Positions 51,801 through 62,937 of a stretch of DNA of 64,000 nt are shown here, one piece after another. The position numbers and the translations under genes were made by a program. The notes under the pieces are model-generated. The model saw only the letters and a program-made list of their open reading frames with translations. It ran no database searches and was not told where the DNA came from. Within the stretch, counting starts at the first letter, position 1, and each line of letters begins with the position of its first letter. The DNA is from Vezdaea acicularis. Lineage: Eukaryota. Location: positions 186,001-250,000 of the forward strand of contig JAPEUI010000003.1 in NCBI GenBank assembly GCA_026025075.1, written 5' to 3'.

Positions 51801-52557
51801 CTATCATGCTGCGCTAGGCTCGCGTAACGCGGGAGATAGAGAAATTTTACCAGTCATGGAGCCGAAGATTCTTTCGCAGCCCTTCCACCAGCAGACGGGA
51901 GCAATGCCGATTCAGGCGCGGCAACCAACTGTCCAGGTTGCTCCTATGGGGCAAATGGAATACGGACATCAAAAAGATGCTGTTGGGCGAGCAGGATCCC
52001 ATCGCCGTACCGTTTTGCAGCCAATGAGCAATCGAAAGACGCGTGACAATCAAGGATGGTCAGAAAACTACCCAGTCCCACAATATAATCGCAGATTGTC
52101 CGGTCGTAAAGTGGATTTGCCCGGCTTTCCTGTTGGGCAGGATTATCTCGCACCAGCTCCTCGGAACTATGGTGAAGTGCCAGTCTTCCGTACCTATATG
52201 GAGCGAGATGAAATGCTGCCTCCCAGCAGTATACAAGTTAGCGGACGCGTTTATCCGCCAACTCCGCAGTGGGCTCCTGCAACTCGCCCTACGAATCCCC
52301 GAGCTGTTTCTCCTCTTCCGTCTGGCTTGAATTCTGTCTTTGCTGCGCCAGCACAGTCTCGGCCTTCTCGAAGAGGTTTATATCCACCTGGAGTCATACC
52401 GGATTCGCATCTCCCTGTCAATAGTCTTCTCCCAGCTATGGCACAATCGGCTCCGTCCTCCTACCCAGCCTATCAGCCCGACCCAACACATCGAGTTGCG
52501 TTTCCCTATGCAAACTCGACAGAGCAGTTCACTGACCAATACTACATCCCACATTGA
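48814..52557 (+). CDS. 8-exon ~1040-aa largely disordered protein with YXXXXLL, RVTAGG and PAM2-like motifs
   Basis: Exons 48814-48952, 49243-49379, 49432-49515, 49565-49645, 49696-50488, 50542-50932, 50997-51194 and 51255-52557 join with consistent phase (3126 nt). The first intron needs a GC donor. Confidence 0.7.
51577..51837 (+). repeat. Coding tandem repeat, 3 x 87 bp (29 aa)
   Basis: RATDPEHDIMAANNPENYHAALGLPYPEG / RAMEPAHDIMAANNPENYLAALGFHHLKD / RATTPEYDIMAANNPENYHAALGSRNAGD. Confidence 0.95.
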
Positions 52558-54310
52558 TTCTCTGACCAAGCTCGCATGCAGCGAATGGATTGGCTTCGAG
52601 GGCGCGAATCTCGTCCGCGTGGGGTTTAGGAATTTTCTCTCGTCGTCAGTTTCTTGACCTATGACTTCTAGGAATTCCTCTTTATCATGTTTCCCTCAAG
52701 AACTCCAAAAATGACGCCCAGGGCAGGATTGGAGGTGAGTTTGTTCGGTCTGCACTTCGGATTTCTCTTGCTCGCATTTCATCATCTTCAGAGGTGATGA
52801 CACTGGCTCTATTACTTGCTCTTGCTAGAACTTATCGCGCGACTCGGTGGATGATTACTTGGCAGTCAGTAAGCTGCTGGCGTTGCTAGATCCCTCTTTG
52901 CAATGATGTCCATCGTCTTGTGTTTCCTTCTAATAGCTTTTTCATTCTTGTCAAAGCGGAAATAGTTTATAGGACACTTGACGTTGGTAGACATCAATTA
53001 TGTATCAGTAGCACAGGATCGTAGCAATATGATTTCTCAACCTTTCTGAGCTCTGGAAACTCGTGAGACAGCGGCATCCTACTAGTAGCAACAGAATATA
53101 TTACAACACTTTCATCAAAGAGAATGAAGAGATCATGAAACAAAGACTGATGTGGAAATATACATCAAGCTGGGCTTGACGTAGGCGTTTCTCTACACTG
53201 CAGCGATACTAAAAGATCTGAGTTGTCCATTCACAGTCCACGCGCCTTGAGCTTACCACAGAACCTTCACTGAGGTCAGCGTGTCTAGATGTTGATCACC
53301 CATGGATCGGCCGTGACTCGGAGGGCGGTTGGTAGTATGATGGGGGCCGAGAACTTTGAGCGGAGGGCAAAACTCGAGCTTTAACGTTGAAACTGTCCCA
53401 TCGTCGTCATTGCGGATACCTGCGGAGAAGGTACCCGTTCACGAGTCTTTGGACACCCAAACCCAAGACTACGCAAGGGAAAGGGGATGCATCCACTATA
53501 AATTCCATGCCTACCCATAAGGCCACAATAGGCAATCAAGCAATGAAACGGCGCCTTCGAGACGCAAGCTACTGAGGCCCTTCGGCAGCACCGCGCGGAG
53601 ATAGTGGCAAGGGAATCGGCACTATTCCCGAACTGGAGATTCCTGCTTTGAAACCCCCCACTGCCTCTCCTCACGGTATTGGATGAGAAAACACTCGCAA
53701 GGCGGTGACATCTCGGAAAATAGAAGATACTTTCGTATCGGCACACGTTCCAAGCATTTGTGCACCTCTTAAATCCAAATTTATTGCCTAGTACTTGCGT
53801 GATCACGTTTTGACGGGCCTAGAATCGAAGCCGTTCCGGAATCGAGTCCCCACTTCGCACCTGCAGCAGCCAAGGGTGCGGCTGTTAGTTTCTAAGCATT
53901 GCTTGGCTGAGCCTAGAATGCCTCCCTGAACCTCAACTCTGGCCTTGACATTCGACCATTTGCAGCCTTAAATCGTACGGATTGTCAGAGTGCAATCACT
54001 ATCGAGGGCACGCTGGTCTTGTCCTCCTATGACGCAAACCTCTAGTCTGCAACGTTGCTGACAATTTCATCCCGAGGCGATGGTAGAATAACCCTCACTC
54101 TCCTCACCTACCATCTCAGTATTCCGAAGGGATTTTACCCCTCTAGTAAGTTCGTGCATCGAACCCTCCAAGGGACTTTGCGAGAAACACGAAAATCCCC
54201 TGGGCTCGCCAGCGAGCCACTGACCGATGACCCTTGCAGCATCCCGTCCTACTAGTACTTTCCTCAATTCGTTCTTCTCTTGTCCTATCAACACATAAGC
54301 TCCTGCGCCT

Positions 54311-56517
54311 ATGCCCACGACGGCAGCCTACATGACTGCTATAATGCCGTCACCTTCGTCCTCTTCTACCAACCTCCCGTCGGAGAAGAGGAACTTTTCT
54401 GGGTTCTCCATGTCCTCCAACAAGAGTTCGAATGGCAGCAGCAGTCCGTTTCCCCAGAAGCTCAAAAACTTTTTTCGAATCAACAGTTCAAGCAACAATG
54501 ACAGCAATAAGGGCGATCGTAGCCCTACCAAACTGGACACAAAATCAACATCAAAGTCCAGCTTTAGGCAATCACGATTTCTGGGAAACATCACCAGGAA
54601 TCGTTCAACAACGGTAGCTAGCGAGGGTAATCCTCTAGATGAGGCAATGTCCCCAACTGCACACGCCAATCCATACTTTGCTCACCAAGGGCCTCCAGTA
54701 CTACGGCATCACAACAATGACAGTGTCCCTCCATCGCCTCCTGATACACCAGGTACTATACCTACAATCGAGGCTACATCGGGGGCCAACGACCAAGCCA
54801 CAATCGCCGGCAAGGAGGAGATAGCTAGGAAGCTAAGACGAGTAGCATCAGCTCCAAATGCACAAGGCCTGTTTGCTGGAGATAAAGACGGGGAAAGACC
54901 CGCAACGGCAGAACTTGGAAAAGAGCCCTTGGTTACACACAGCAATGGCTCGACGCTAAGTATGGTCGAGGATTCTAGCGGTCATCTTATGCCAATTCCG
55001 ACGTCTGCAGCTGGTCTATCTCCCGGCAAGATACGGAACTCGATAGCATTCCGACGTACATATAGCTCAAACTCGATCAAAGTTAGAAATGTTGAGGTTG
55101 GACCTGGTAGTTTCGACAAGATCAAACTCATTGGGAAAGGAGACGTAGGAAAGGTATACCTGGTTCGAGAGAAGAAATCGAGCAGGCTATACGCCATGAA
55201 AGGTAATCATCAACTGGATAGCGCATTAGATGCACAGTTGACATTGCATAGTTCTTAGCAAGAAGGAGATGATCAAGCGAAATAAGATCAAGCGTGCCCT
55301 TGCAGAGCAAGAGATATTGGCTACTAGCAATCATCCCTTCATTGTCACACTATACCACTCCTTCCAGTCCGAGGACCATCTTTACCTCTGCATGGAGTAT
55401 TGTAGCGGCGGAGAGTTTTTCAGAGGTAAACCACGCCATTTCTTCCCAATTGAAGTCAACAGACTAACAGGTCAAAGCGCTTCAAACCAGACCTGGCAAA
55501 TGCATACCAGAAGATGACGCTAGGTTCTACGCTGCCGAAGTCACAGCTGCGTTGGAATATCTACACTTGATGGGTTTCATATATCGAGATCTCAAACCGG
55601 AGAGTAGGTCAACTGCTGCACCATGCGCGGGCTGGTCTGACCGATCTAGATATCCTACTACATCAATCTGGACATATTATGTTATCAGACTTTGATCTGT
55701 CGAAGCAATCAGACCCTGGCGGCGCACCAACCATGATCCTGGGCCGCGGCGGTGCATCTGCGACTTCGCTACCGACTATCGATACGAAGTCATGCATCGC
55801 AAACTTCCGGACTAACTCCTTCGTCGGCACCGAAGAGTATATCGCCCCAGAAGTCATCAAGGGCAATGGCCATACCAGCGCGGTAGATTGGTGGACGCTA
55901 GGGATCCTAATGTACGAGATGCTATTCGGAACCACTCCCTTCAAGGGCAAGAACCGAAACGCTACCTTTGCGAATATATTACGAGACGAAGTCCCCTTCC
56001 CAGATAACAATGGTGCGCCGCAAGTCTCTAAGTAAGATATCCTTCTCTCTTAGTCCTACCCTCGCCTTGCCCTGTCTAACCAATTCTCCGCAGCCTCTGC
56101 AAGCAAGTCATCCGCAAACTCCTCATCAAAGACGAAGGACGTCGCCTCGGCTCCCGCGCTGGTGCCTCCGATGTCAAGAACCACCCCTTCTTCCGCACAA
56201 CCCAATGGGCTTTACTCCGCCACTCCAAACCTCCCATGATCCCTCACCAAGGCCGTGCGATCGACACTGTCAATTTCCGCAACGTCAAAGAAAGCGAGAG
56301 TGTGGATATCTCAGCTGCCAGAGCGAAAGGCGTCCCACTTGATTCAGGGCTCGCGACGCCAGGTGGAGAAGTAGTGGATCCATTTGAAGACTTTAACAGC
56401 GTCACACTGCATCATGACGAGGATGAACGGCATCAGGAGCGTTTAAAAGAGCTGCAGCTAGTCGAGAGCACGAATAGAGAACGTGCGAACTCCGAGAAGA
56501 AGGGGAGCAAGCGGTGA
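54311..56517 (+). CDS. nrc-2: AGC Ser/Thr kinase of the Nrc-2/Fpk1/Kin82 family
   Basis: [45 protein letters not shown] and [15 protein letters not shown]. Four introns. Confidence 0.93.
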
Positions 56518-57447
56518 AAGTGCTTTGGAAGGAAGTAACGACGTCACGGCCACAAGAAAATTCTACTCTGCGGGAAAAGACGACTGCTTTTCTCCAAATT
56601 CGCTTCGTTCGCCGCTCACTCGTTGAGAAGGGTTATGCATTAGTGGGGTTAGGTGCGTTAGTTGGTGGACTGCTGTTTCCTTGCTGCCTTGACTTCTTCT
56701 TTGATGGCATGGGTATGGCATCTTTTCTTGTTGCTGCTGCAACTGCTCCGGCTACTGTCACATATTACTACCCACTACTAGCTTCATGGAGGGAAGAGTC
56801 GTTTGGGTCCCACGAGACATAGGTTCGGCGTCGAGACGGGCTGCCTGCTGTAATTTGTGAGATAGCACGAACTCATTCCACTGACAAAGATGGGATTCTG
56901 TGCTGTGAATAATGCGATCGCGCTTTTCTCTGATGGCTTTACTGTGGGCTGAGCTACGTCATGCTTTGCTCGGGGTTTCAACTGTTGTTGGCGAGGGAAG
57001 GGTTGGTTATTGTTGACGATCAAGATAGGCACTTGGAGCTTGGGCCTATTTAGTCGACTGTAGAACCAGATGCGATCTACAATTTCCGTAGGAGGAACGG
57101 GCATTGGATCAGCCAAGCATCGCATAGACCACCTTGCGCTTCGGGCGTCAGACGCGTCCGGTTCCAGCACGGTGCGCGATTTGATGTCATGTCTAGGCCC
57201 CGACTGGGCATCTCCTGTGTACCATAGCTATCTGTCTAGCCCATTGTTGGCTCCTTCTAACCATTCGAAGGTTAAGACACACATTTAGCGCTCCCTTTGA
57301 GCTTCGCAGCCTCAGGTACCTCATCCTTTGGGGAAGGAAGAGTCATTAGTCTCATCCGCCATACCCCATGGTGTTATAACCGTGCTCTACGCTCCCCCCT
57401 CTATCCTCTTCTTTGGGCCTCTTTCTCTCGTCACACGGGCAGTCGCC

Positions 57448-58221
57448 ATGCTCGCCACCATCGCCCTAACCCTCCTCATATCAAGGTTCATCCCTCCCGC
57501 CCACGCCATCTGGGAAGTCACCTGCAGACCCGCGCCCTCCCCCTTCGAGCGAGCATTGCAATACCTCCTACCTGAACACACATTGCCCTGGGATAACGAA
57601 GTCAGTCCGGAGCAGCTCTGCATCGGGTACGCAACGAGCAGTCTGCCGGACGTTAGCCGGCGCGTGACCGCGACGCTGCTCGCCGCACACCCGAATGCTG
57701 GCTGTGACTGCCACCCCGCGGGTAGTTGGCGGGCTGGCGCCGGGAGCGCACTCCGCTGTTTGTGGCGTCACGAGCCGCTCATCTCTTCCGGGGTTCCCTG
57801 GGATTTCACCATGTCCGAGGTGGTAACGGAGTTCTGCATGCGTGTGTGCGTGTGCACGCGATATGACGAGGAAGACAGCCATCAAGAGGGAGAGTGGGAG
57901 ATAGACGCAGAGACTGCGGCACAGATCCTGAGGGATATGGCGAGGGGGGGGAGTGGTAGTCTTACGACTGGAACGACGATCACTGATGAGGTTCCAAAGG
58001 CAAGGGGAATGGGGAGGACCAGGAGCGGGCAGCTGTTCAGGCCTCAGAACAGGGATACGTCACAAGACAGAGGGAGTTTTGTGGTGGGGAAGGATGGGTT
58101 TAAGCCAAAAGCCTTTGCACTGGAGGGACTGAATGGTAGGAGAGAGAGGCTTACGCGTTTTCCGGATCCTGTTGGTTTTGCGGCATCAGGTCTGAGGGCG
58201 AGCTCTTGGTCGAATAAGTAG
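57448..58221 (+). CDS. Putative secreted Cys-rich protein (257 aa), orphan
   Basis: GCCATG start, signal-peptide-like MLATIALTLLISRFIPPAHA, 8 Cys confined to the N-terminal ~135 aa, uninterrupted ORF. Confidence 0.6.
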   Translation: MLATIALTLLISRFIPPAHAIWEVTCRPAPSPFERALQYLLPEHTLPWDNEVSPEQLCIGYATSSLPDVSRRVTATLLAAHPNAGCDCHPAGSWRAGAGSALRCLWRHEPLISSGVPWDFTMSEVVTEFCMRVCVCTRYDEEDSHQEGEWEIDAETAAQILRDMARGGSGSLTTGTTITDEVPKARGMGRTRSGQLFRPQNRDTSQDRGSFVVGKDGFKPKAFALEGLNGRRERLTRFPDPVGFAASGLRASSWSNK

Positions 58222-58772
58222 TCTCATTCTCCACACAAGAGGAAGGAATAAGTAGAAAAGGCTAGGCTTAGCTAGCTACCTAATGTAAAAGCTATGCGCG
58301 AAAAGAAGAAAGGAGTAGCTCATTTGCGACGAGGAATGAGCTTGAGCAATACTCTTCAAAGGATGAATTTGTAGACCTCCGCTATCTGAGACAGGGGACC
58401 GGTGTAATCCGTAAATCCAAACAGCCAACTTCATGTAGCACAGGGCCTCTGAGCAATTGGTATAATTCTCTGCACCATCACAAGATAAATTGCGAAGATG
58501 AACCGTCCTTCGTCCCAGCTTGGGATTCTAGCGCTACCAGTCATTTCCCCACAGTCATTGGTCCATTATGCGATATGCATTAGCGCGTTAGCGCGTCAAC
58601 ATGCCTGCAACTCTCATAGGGCTCACCCATCAGGGCTTTCAAGATACGCGTCTCCAATCGTCTCTATCTTGAAAAGCGTTCACAACCCGTGCAAGGCCTT
58701 TTCCAAGGTTACACATGAGGCCTGACTTTTGTGCTCACGGTACCCTTTCCAAATAAAGTTGACCTTTGCACA

Positions 58773-59192
58773 ATGAGCACCCCACCAGCCGCAGCCGCCG
58801 CCGTATCGGCGCCCGCCCCACCCGCAGGAGCGCAATCGCTCTCTCCACTCGAATCGGAGATCTTGTCCGAGTACTCCCGGCTGCTGGAGAACTTCAATCG
58901 CGTACGCTACCTTTCCTCCCACGTGCCTACTCATTACCTTCCTAACTCTCCTTGCGGGCGATACTAATGGGTCCCGGTCAAACAACAGATGTCTAGTCAG
59001 CTGAACTCCCTAGCCGGCGCACCAACTGCGGAGGTGCTTGACGGATTGCGATTACTTGAGCGGAAGACAAGCCTGGTCTTTACGCTGCTGAAAGCGAGCG
59101 TGTATAGCATTGTATTGCAGCAGGAGGTGTTCACTGGGGAGGGAAAGGGGGATGGAAGGGAGCAGAGTGCTGAGGGTAGTGAGGGTCGGTGA
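58773..59192 (+). CDS. DAD3: DASH/Dam1 complex subunit Dad3
   Basis: LSPLESEILSEYSRLLENFNR|MSSQL...EVLDGLRLLERKTSLVFTLLKASVYSIVLQQ. Intron 58902-58988. Confidence 0.93.
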
Positions 59193-59334
59193 ACCCTTTG
59201 TACGGATATCCCTGGAACAAAGGTCTGAGATTAGGCGCAGGGGTTTTGGGACGGGCATCGGATGGCTTCGGGATACCAGCGGAAAATATGTTACAAGATA
59301 TGTACAGGTTATGGTATTGTGATGTTTGTACAGC

Positions 59335-60610
59335 CTACGAAACCATTCCTCCATAATACACCTTTCGTACGTCTACGAACTTCTTGCCTCGCGCAATAGC
59401 AATTTGTTCTGGATCTCGTTGGGTGTGTAAAGCCTGGATTGTGGCTTTACATACGTTCATCGGGTTGCGCGATCGTCTAACTCGCGCTGCTAGATCTGAT
59501 ATGCCAGCTGCACGACAGATCTCGAAGATATAATGCTGGCATCGGAGACCAAAGCCTAGATAGTGTCAGTGGATGAATTTGTACCACTCGGTTGTTCGAC
59601 TCACCAGGCGGCCTGTTCATCAGGCTAACTTGTGCTGCTGCGACCTTGCCATCGACATCACCGAATATCGTCCGCCGCTCATACCTCCTGACAGGCTTCA
59701 TATTCTTAATCGCGTTATTTCTAGCCATCAGTAAGGCATCGTTAGACTCAAAGCTCTTGCCTTCCCCAAGCCCCACCATCCCATCTCCATTTCCTGCTAC
59801 AGCGAGACAGTATATCGAGGGGATCTTGCCCAAGCGTGTCTGATTGACTACTCGGTGCCTAACGAGTGTCTTCACTCGGAAGTCCCTGATCCCCTTGAGT
59901 GTATACCCAGTGTCGAGCAGCATGCGCTTCGTCCCTTCATCCGGCTCTTCATCGCCTGGTCGACCGCGCCGGGCCAGCGCACGTATCCGCTTCCGCTTGA
60001 CTTCCGGGTCATCGTCTGTGTAATTTGGGATTTCAGCCGCAAGAGAGCTGCGCGGGTTCGCCTCCGCGTTGGGGTCGCCAACAGTGGTTGTGGTATTGTT
60101 GAAGAACTTCAGCCAGTCCACGGCATTCACGCCGTCAGGATGCCCTTCTGCGAAATCGAGCAGATCTTGCGCAATCTCGTCATCATTCTTCATGCGGAGC
60201 TTAGGATCCGGAGGCTGTACCGGACCTCGTACGGGAAAATCAGCTATAGGTTGTATCTTTGAAAGATCATCGAGGTACGGCAATCTCCACGGGTCTTGCC
60301 GCATGCGCCCTTGCCGAACTACGTCCTTAAGGTCGATGGCTGATTCACCGATTTCAATAGCTGCGAGTTGCTCAGGGGTGTACTTCTGAGCAAGCAGCTT
60401 TTTCTCTTCTTCTGTGTAGGGTTTTAGTACTGATGTATCGATAGCCTCCTCGGCCTTTATCTCGGAGGCTTTCACATTGGGAAATGCAGGTTTTCGGTTT
60501 GATGCTGGGGAGGAAGTTTTGGAATGGAAGAACCGCGGCCGATGGTGCAGCCGTGAAACAGGGAACAAAACGAGTTGGAAAGCCCTCCTTGGTTGTCTGC
60601 GAACACTCAT
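59335..60610 (-). CDS. MRPS5: Mitochondrial small-subunit ribosomal protein uS5m
   Basis: Presequence-like start, RVVNQTRLGK, AVAGNGDGMVGLGEGKS, RRYERRTIFG and PPG|FGLRCQ. Ends RKVYYGGMVS*. Confidence 0.92.
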
Positions 60611-60800
60611 AGTGGCGTACCTTCCCTCTCGTAGCAGAGGTGGCCGCAATGGAAGGTAGCTTGTAGGAAAGAGGTGTTCGGACGGTCAGGGATTTTCGGT
60701 TGCAGTCGCGATACACGCGAGAGCAAAATTTAAGCTTTCAAGCCTCAATTTGGTCCAGGGGAGCTCACTTCGCAAGCAGTATGGGCTTTTTAGGAAATCG

Positions 60801-62786
60801 ATGGTACTTCCGCCAGCAATACCATTGCGCGCTTTCACATGCCCAGCCTTGACAACATTTGGAATATGGGCTTTGTGGTCACGAACTAAAGGGTCTATAG
60901 CGCGGCAACCTTCCTTTCGGAACTCTATCATGGAGACCACACTGCCGGCGTCAGCTACACATAATCCGCCAGCCGCACCAAGGAAACGACATTTGCAAGA
61001 CCAGAACAGTCTCCAAAGCCCCAAGAAAGCAAAAACCAAGCAGAAAGCCACCACGTCTGGTGATGCCGATGATGTTCTGTTAAAGGATGTCCAAGATCTT
61101 CTTGCGCGCAAATCTTTAGCGGAAAAGCCAGCAGAGCATCTTTTCAAACCCGAGAACCCTACAAAAGATGAAGGTCTCGTCAAGGCTGGGGAGTCCGAAG
61201 CGATCGTCAAGACTAGAGAGTCAACCAGGGCAGAGAACAGGCGGAATATAGAAGTCTCAGAAGTGCTTCCAGATCTGTTTTCCGAGCTTGATTTGACCGT
61301 AGATCAGCTCTCCTCCACGGGAGATGGTTTGGCATATTCATCGGATAGCCACCATTGCTTCGTTGTTCCTTTCACTACTCCTGGTGACATAGTTCGTGCG
61401 AAAGTCTTCAGGCATTTTAAGCAACATTCATACTCCCTTACGGACTTTTTACATGTTATAAAACCATCTCCAATCCGAGATGACTCTCTGGTCAGATGCA
61501 AATATTTCCAGATGTGTTCTGGCTGTCAGTTGCAGATGATGCCTTACGAAGACCAGCTCTCCCACAAGAAGATGATAATAGAGAAAGCGTACAGGAATTT
61601 CTCTGGCTTACCTCCTGGACTTATACCCCCAGTTCAGGAAACCATTGGTTCGCCTCTTCAATATGGATACCGAACGAAGCTGACACCGCATTTTGACGGG
61701 CCTCCTGGATCACGAAGCAGGAAAGATCGTCGGACTGGCGCACCTCGAAAGGGCTTTGAAGAAATGCCACCAATCGGTTTCAATCAGAAAGGGACGCGTA
61801 AAGTATTGGATATAGAGGAGTGCCCTATCGCAACCCAAGTAGTACAGATGGGGCTGGCGAGAGAAAGGCAACGCGTTGCTGAAAACCTTGGAAACTACAA
61901 GAAAGGTGCTACTATCCTGCTGCGGGAAAGTACTGAGAGGTTTTACCGGGCACGCGGAGCAGATTCAAGTGATTATGCACGAGATGGTGATGAAATATTG
62001 GAGGAAATCCAAGGTGACCTGCCAAAAGACACACCCCTCATCGAAGAAGCTTTCAGGGACGCCGAGCATGAAGGCTACAGTAAGAAGTGGTGTATTACAG
62101 ACAACAATGCAGATGCAGTCGAGCATGTTGGGTGGCACACGACAGGCGCCAGTTCAGATGCTTCGAAGCACACAGGGACCTACAAGTTCGTCAGCACCGC
62201 CGGATCCTTTTTCCAGAACAACAACTCAATACTTCCTCTCTTCACCCAGTACATACGGGATCACATTTCTTCTGTTCAGTGGAATTGGGAAGCATCTGAC
62301 GTAAAATATCTAATTGATGCCTATTCAGGCTCTGGTCTCTTCACGATTACGCTATCGGGTAACTTCAAGTCCAGCACTGGGATAGATATTTCTTCTGCAT
62401 CTATTGAATCCGCTCTCAAAAATGCCAAGCTTAACCGCCTAGATCCAGAGCGTGTCAAATTCATCGCCGCAGATGCTATAGCTTTGTTCGAAAGCGTGGA
62501 CTATCCTCCGGACCAGACTGCTGTTGTGCTAGATCCACCACGGAAGGGCTGTGATGAGAGCTTCTTAAAACAGCTGTTGAAGTTCGGGCCAAAGCGAATT
62601 GTCTACGTCAGTTGCAATGTGCACACACAAGCAAGAGACGTAGGCGTGTTAGTCGGGGGCTCACAGGAAGGCATCGCATATGAGATAAAGAGTTTACAAG
62701 GCTTCGACTTCTTTCCCCAAACGGGCCACGTGGAAGGGGTTGCAATATTGGAAAAGAAGGGTCCCAAAGCGGCAGAAGTAACTTGA
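60801..62786 (+). CDS. TRM2: tRNA (uracil-54-C5)-methyltransferase
   Basis: TRAM domain (LSSTGDGLA), CKYFQMCSGCQLQ, YGYRTKLTPHFD, FFQNNNSIL, DAYSGSGLF, DPPRKGC, YVSCN and FDFFPQTGHVE. Start is at 60801 or 60930. Confidence 0.95.
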   Translation: MVLPPAIPLRAFTCPALTTFGIWALWSRTKGSIARQPSFRNSIMETTLPASATHNPPAAPRKRHLQDQNSLQSPKKAKTKQKATTSGDADDVLLKDVQDLLARKSLAEKPAEHLFKPENPTKDEGLVKAGESEAIVKTRESTRAENRRNIEVSEVLPDLFSELDLTVDQLSSTGDGLAYSSDSHHCFVVPFTTPGDIVRAKVFRHFKQHSYSLTDFLHVIKPSPIRDDSLVRCKYFQMCSGCQLQMMPYEDQLSHKKMIIEKAYRNFSGLPPGLIPPVQETIGSPLQYGYRTKLTPHFDGPPGSRSRKDRRTGAPRKGFEEMPPIGFNQKGTRKVLDIEECPIATQVVQMGLARERQRVAENLGNYKKGATILLRESTERFYRARGADSSDYARDGDEILEEIQGDLPKDTPLIEEAFRDAEHEGYSKKWCITDNNADAVEHVGWHTTGASSDASKHTGTYKFVSTAGSFFQNNNSILPLFTQYIRDHISSVQWNWEASDVKYLIDAYSGSGLFTITLSGNFKSSTGIDISSASIESALKNAKLNRLDPERVKFIAADAIALFESVDYPPDQTAVVLDPPRKGCDESFLKQLLKFGPKRIVYVSCNVHTQARDVGVLVGGSQEGIAYEIKSLQGFDFFPQTGHVEGVAILEKKGPKAAEVT

Positions 62787-62937
62787 ATAGATTCAGTCGT
62801 GCCCTTGTATTCAGATCTTACCCCTATAAGCAGCGCTAGCTCACCATGCGTGCTACAAAGGGGTTGCCAGATGTCGAGCTCGCGTAAACCCAGTGGGCCG
62901 TTCACATCAAGGCAAAGCAAGATAGTGTTAGGCGCCA

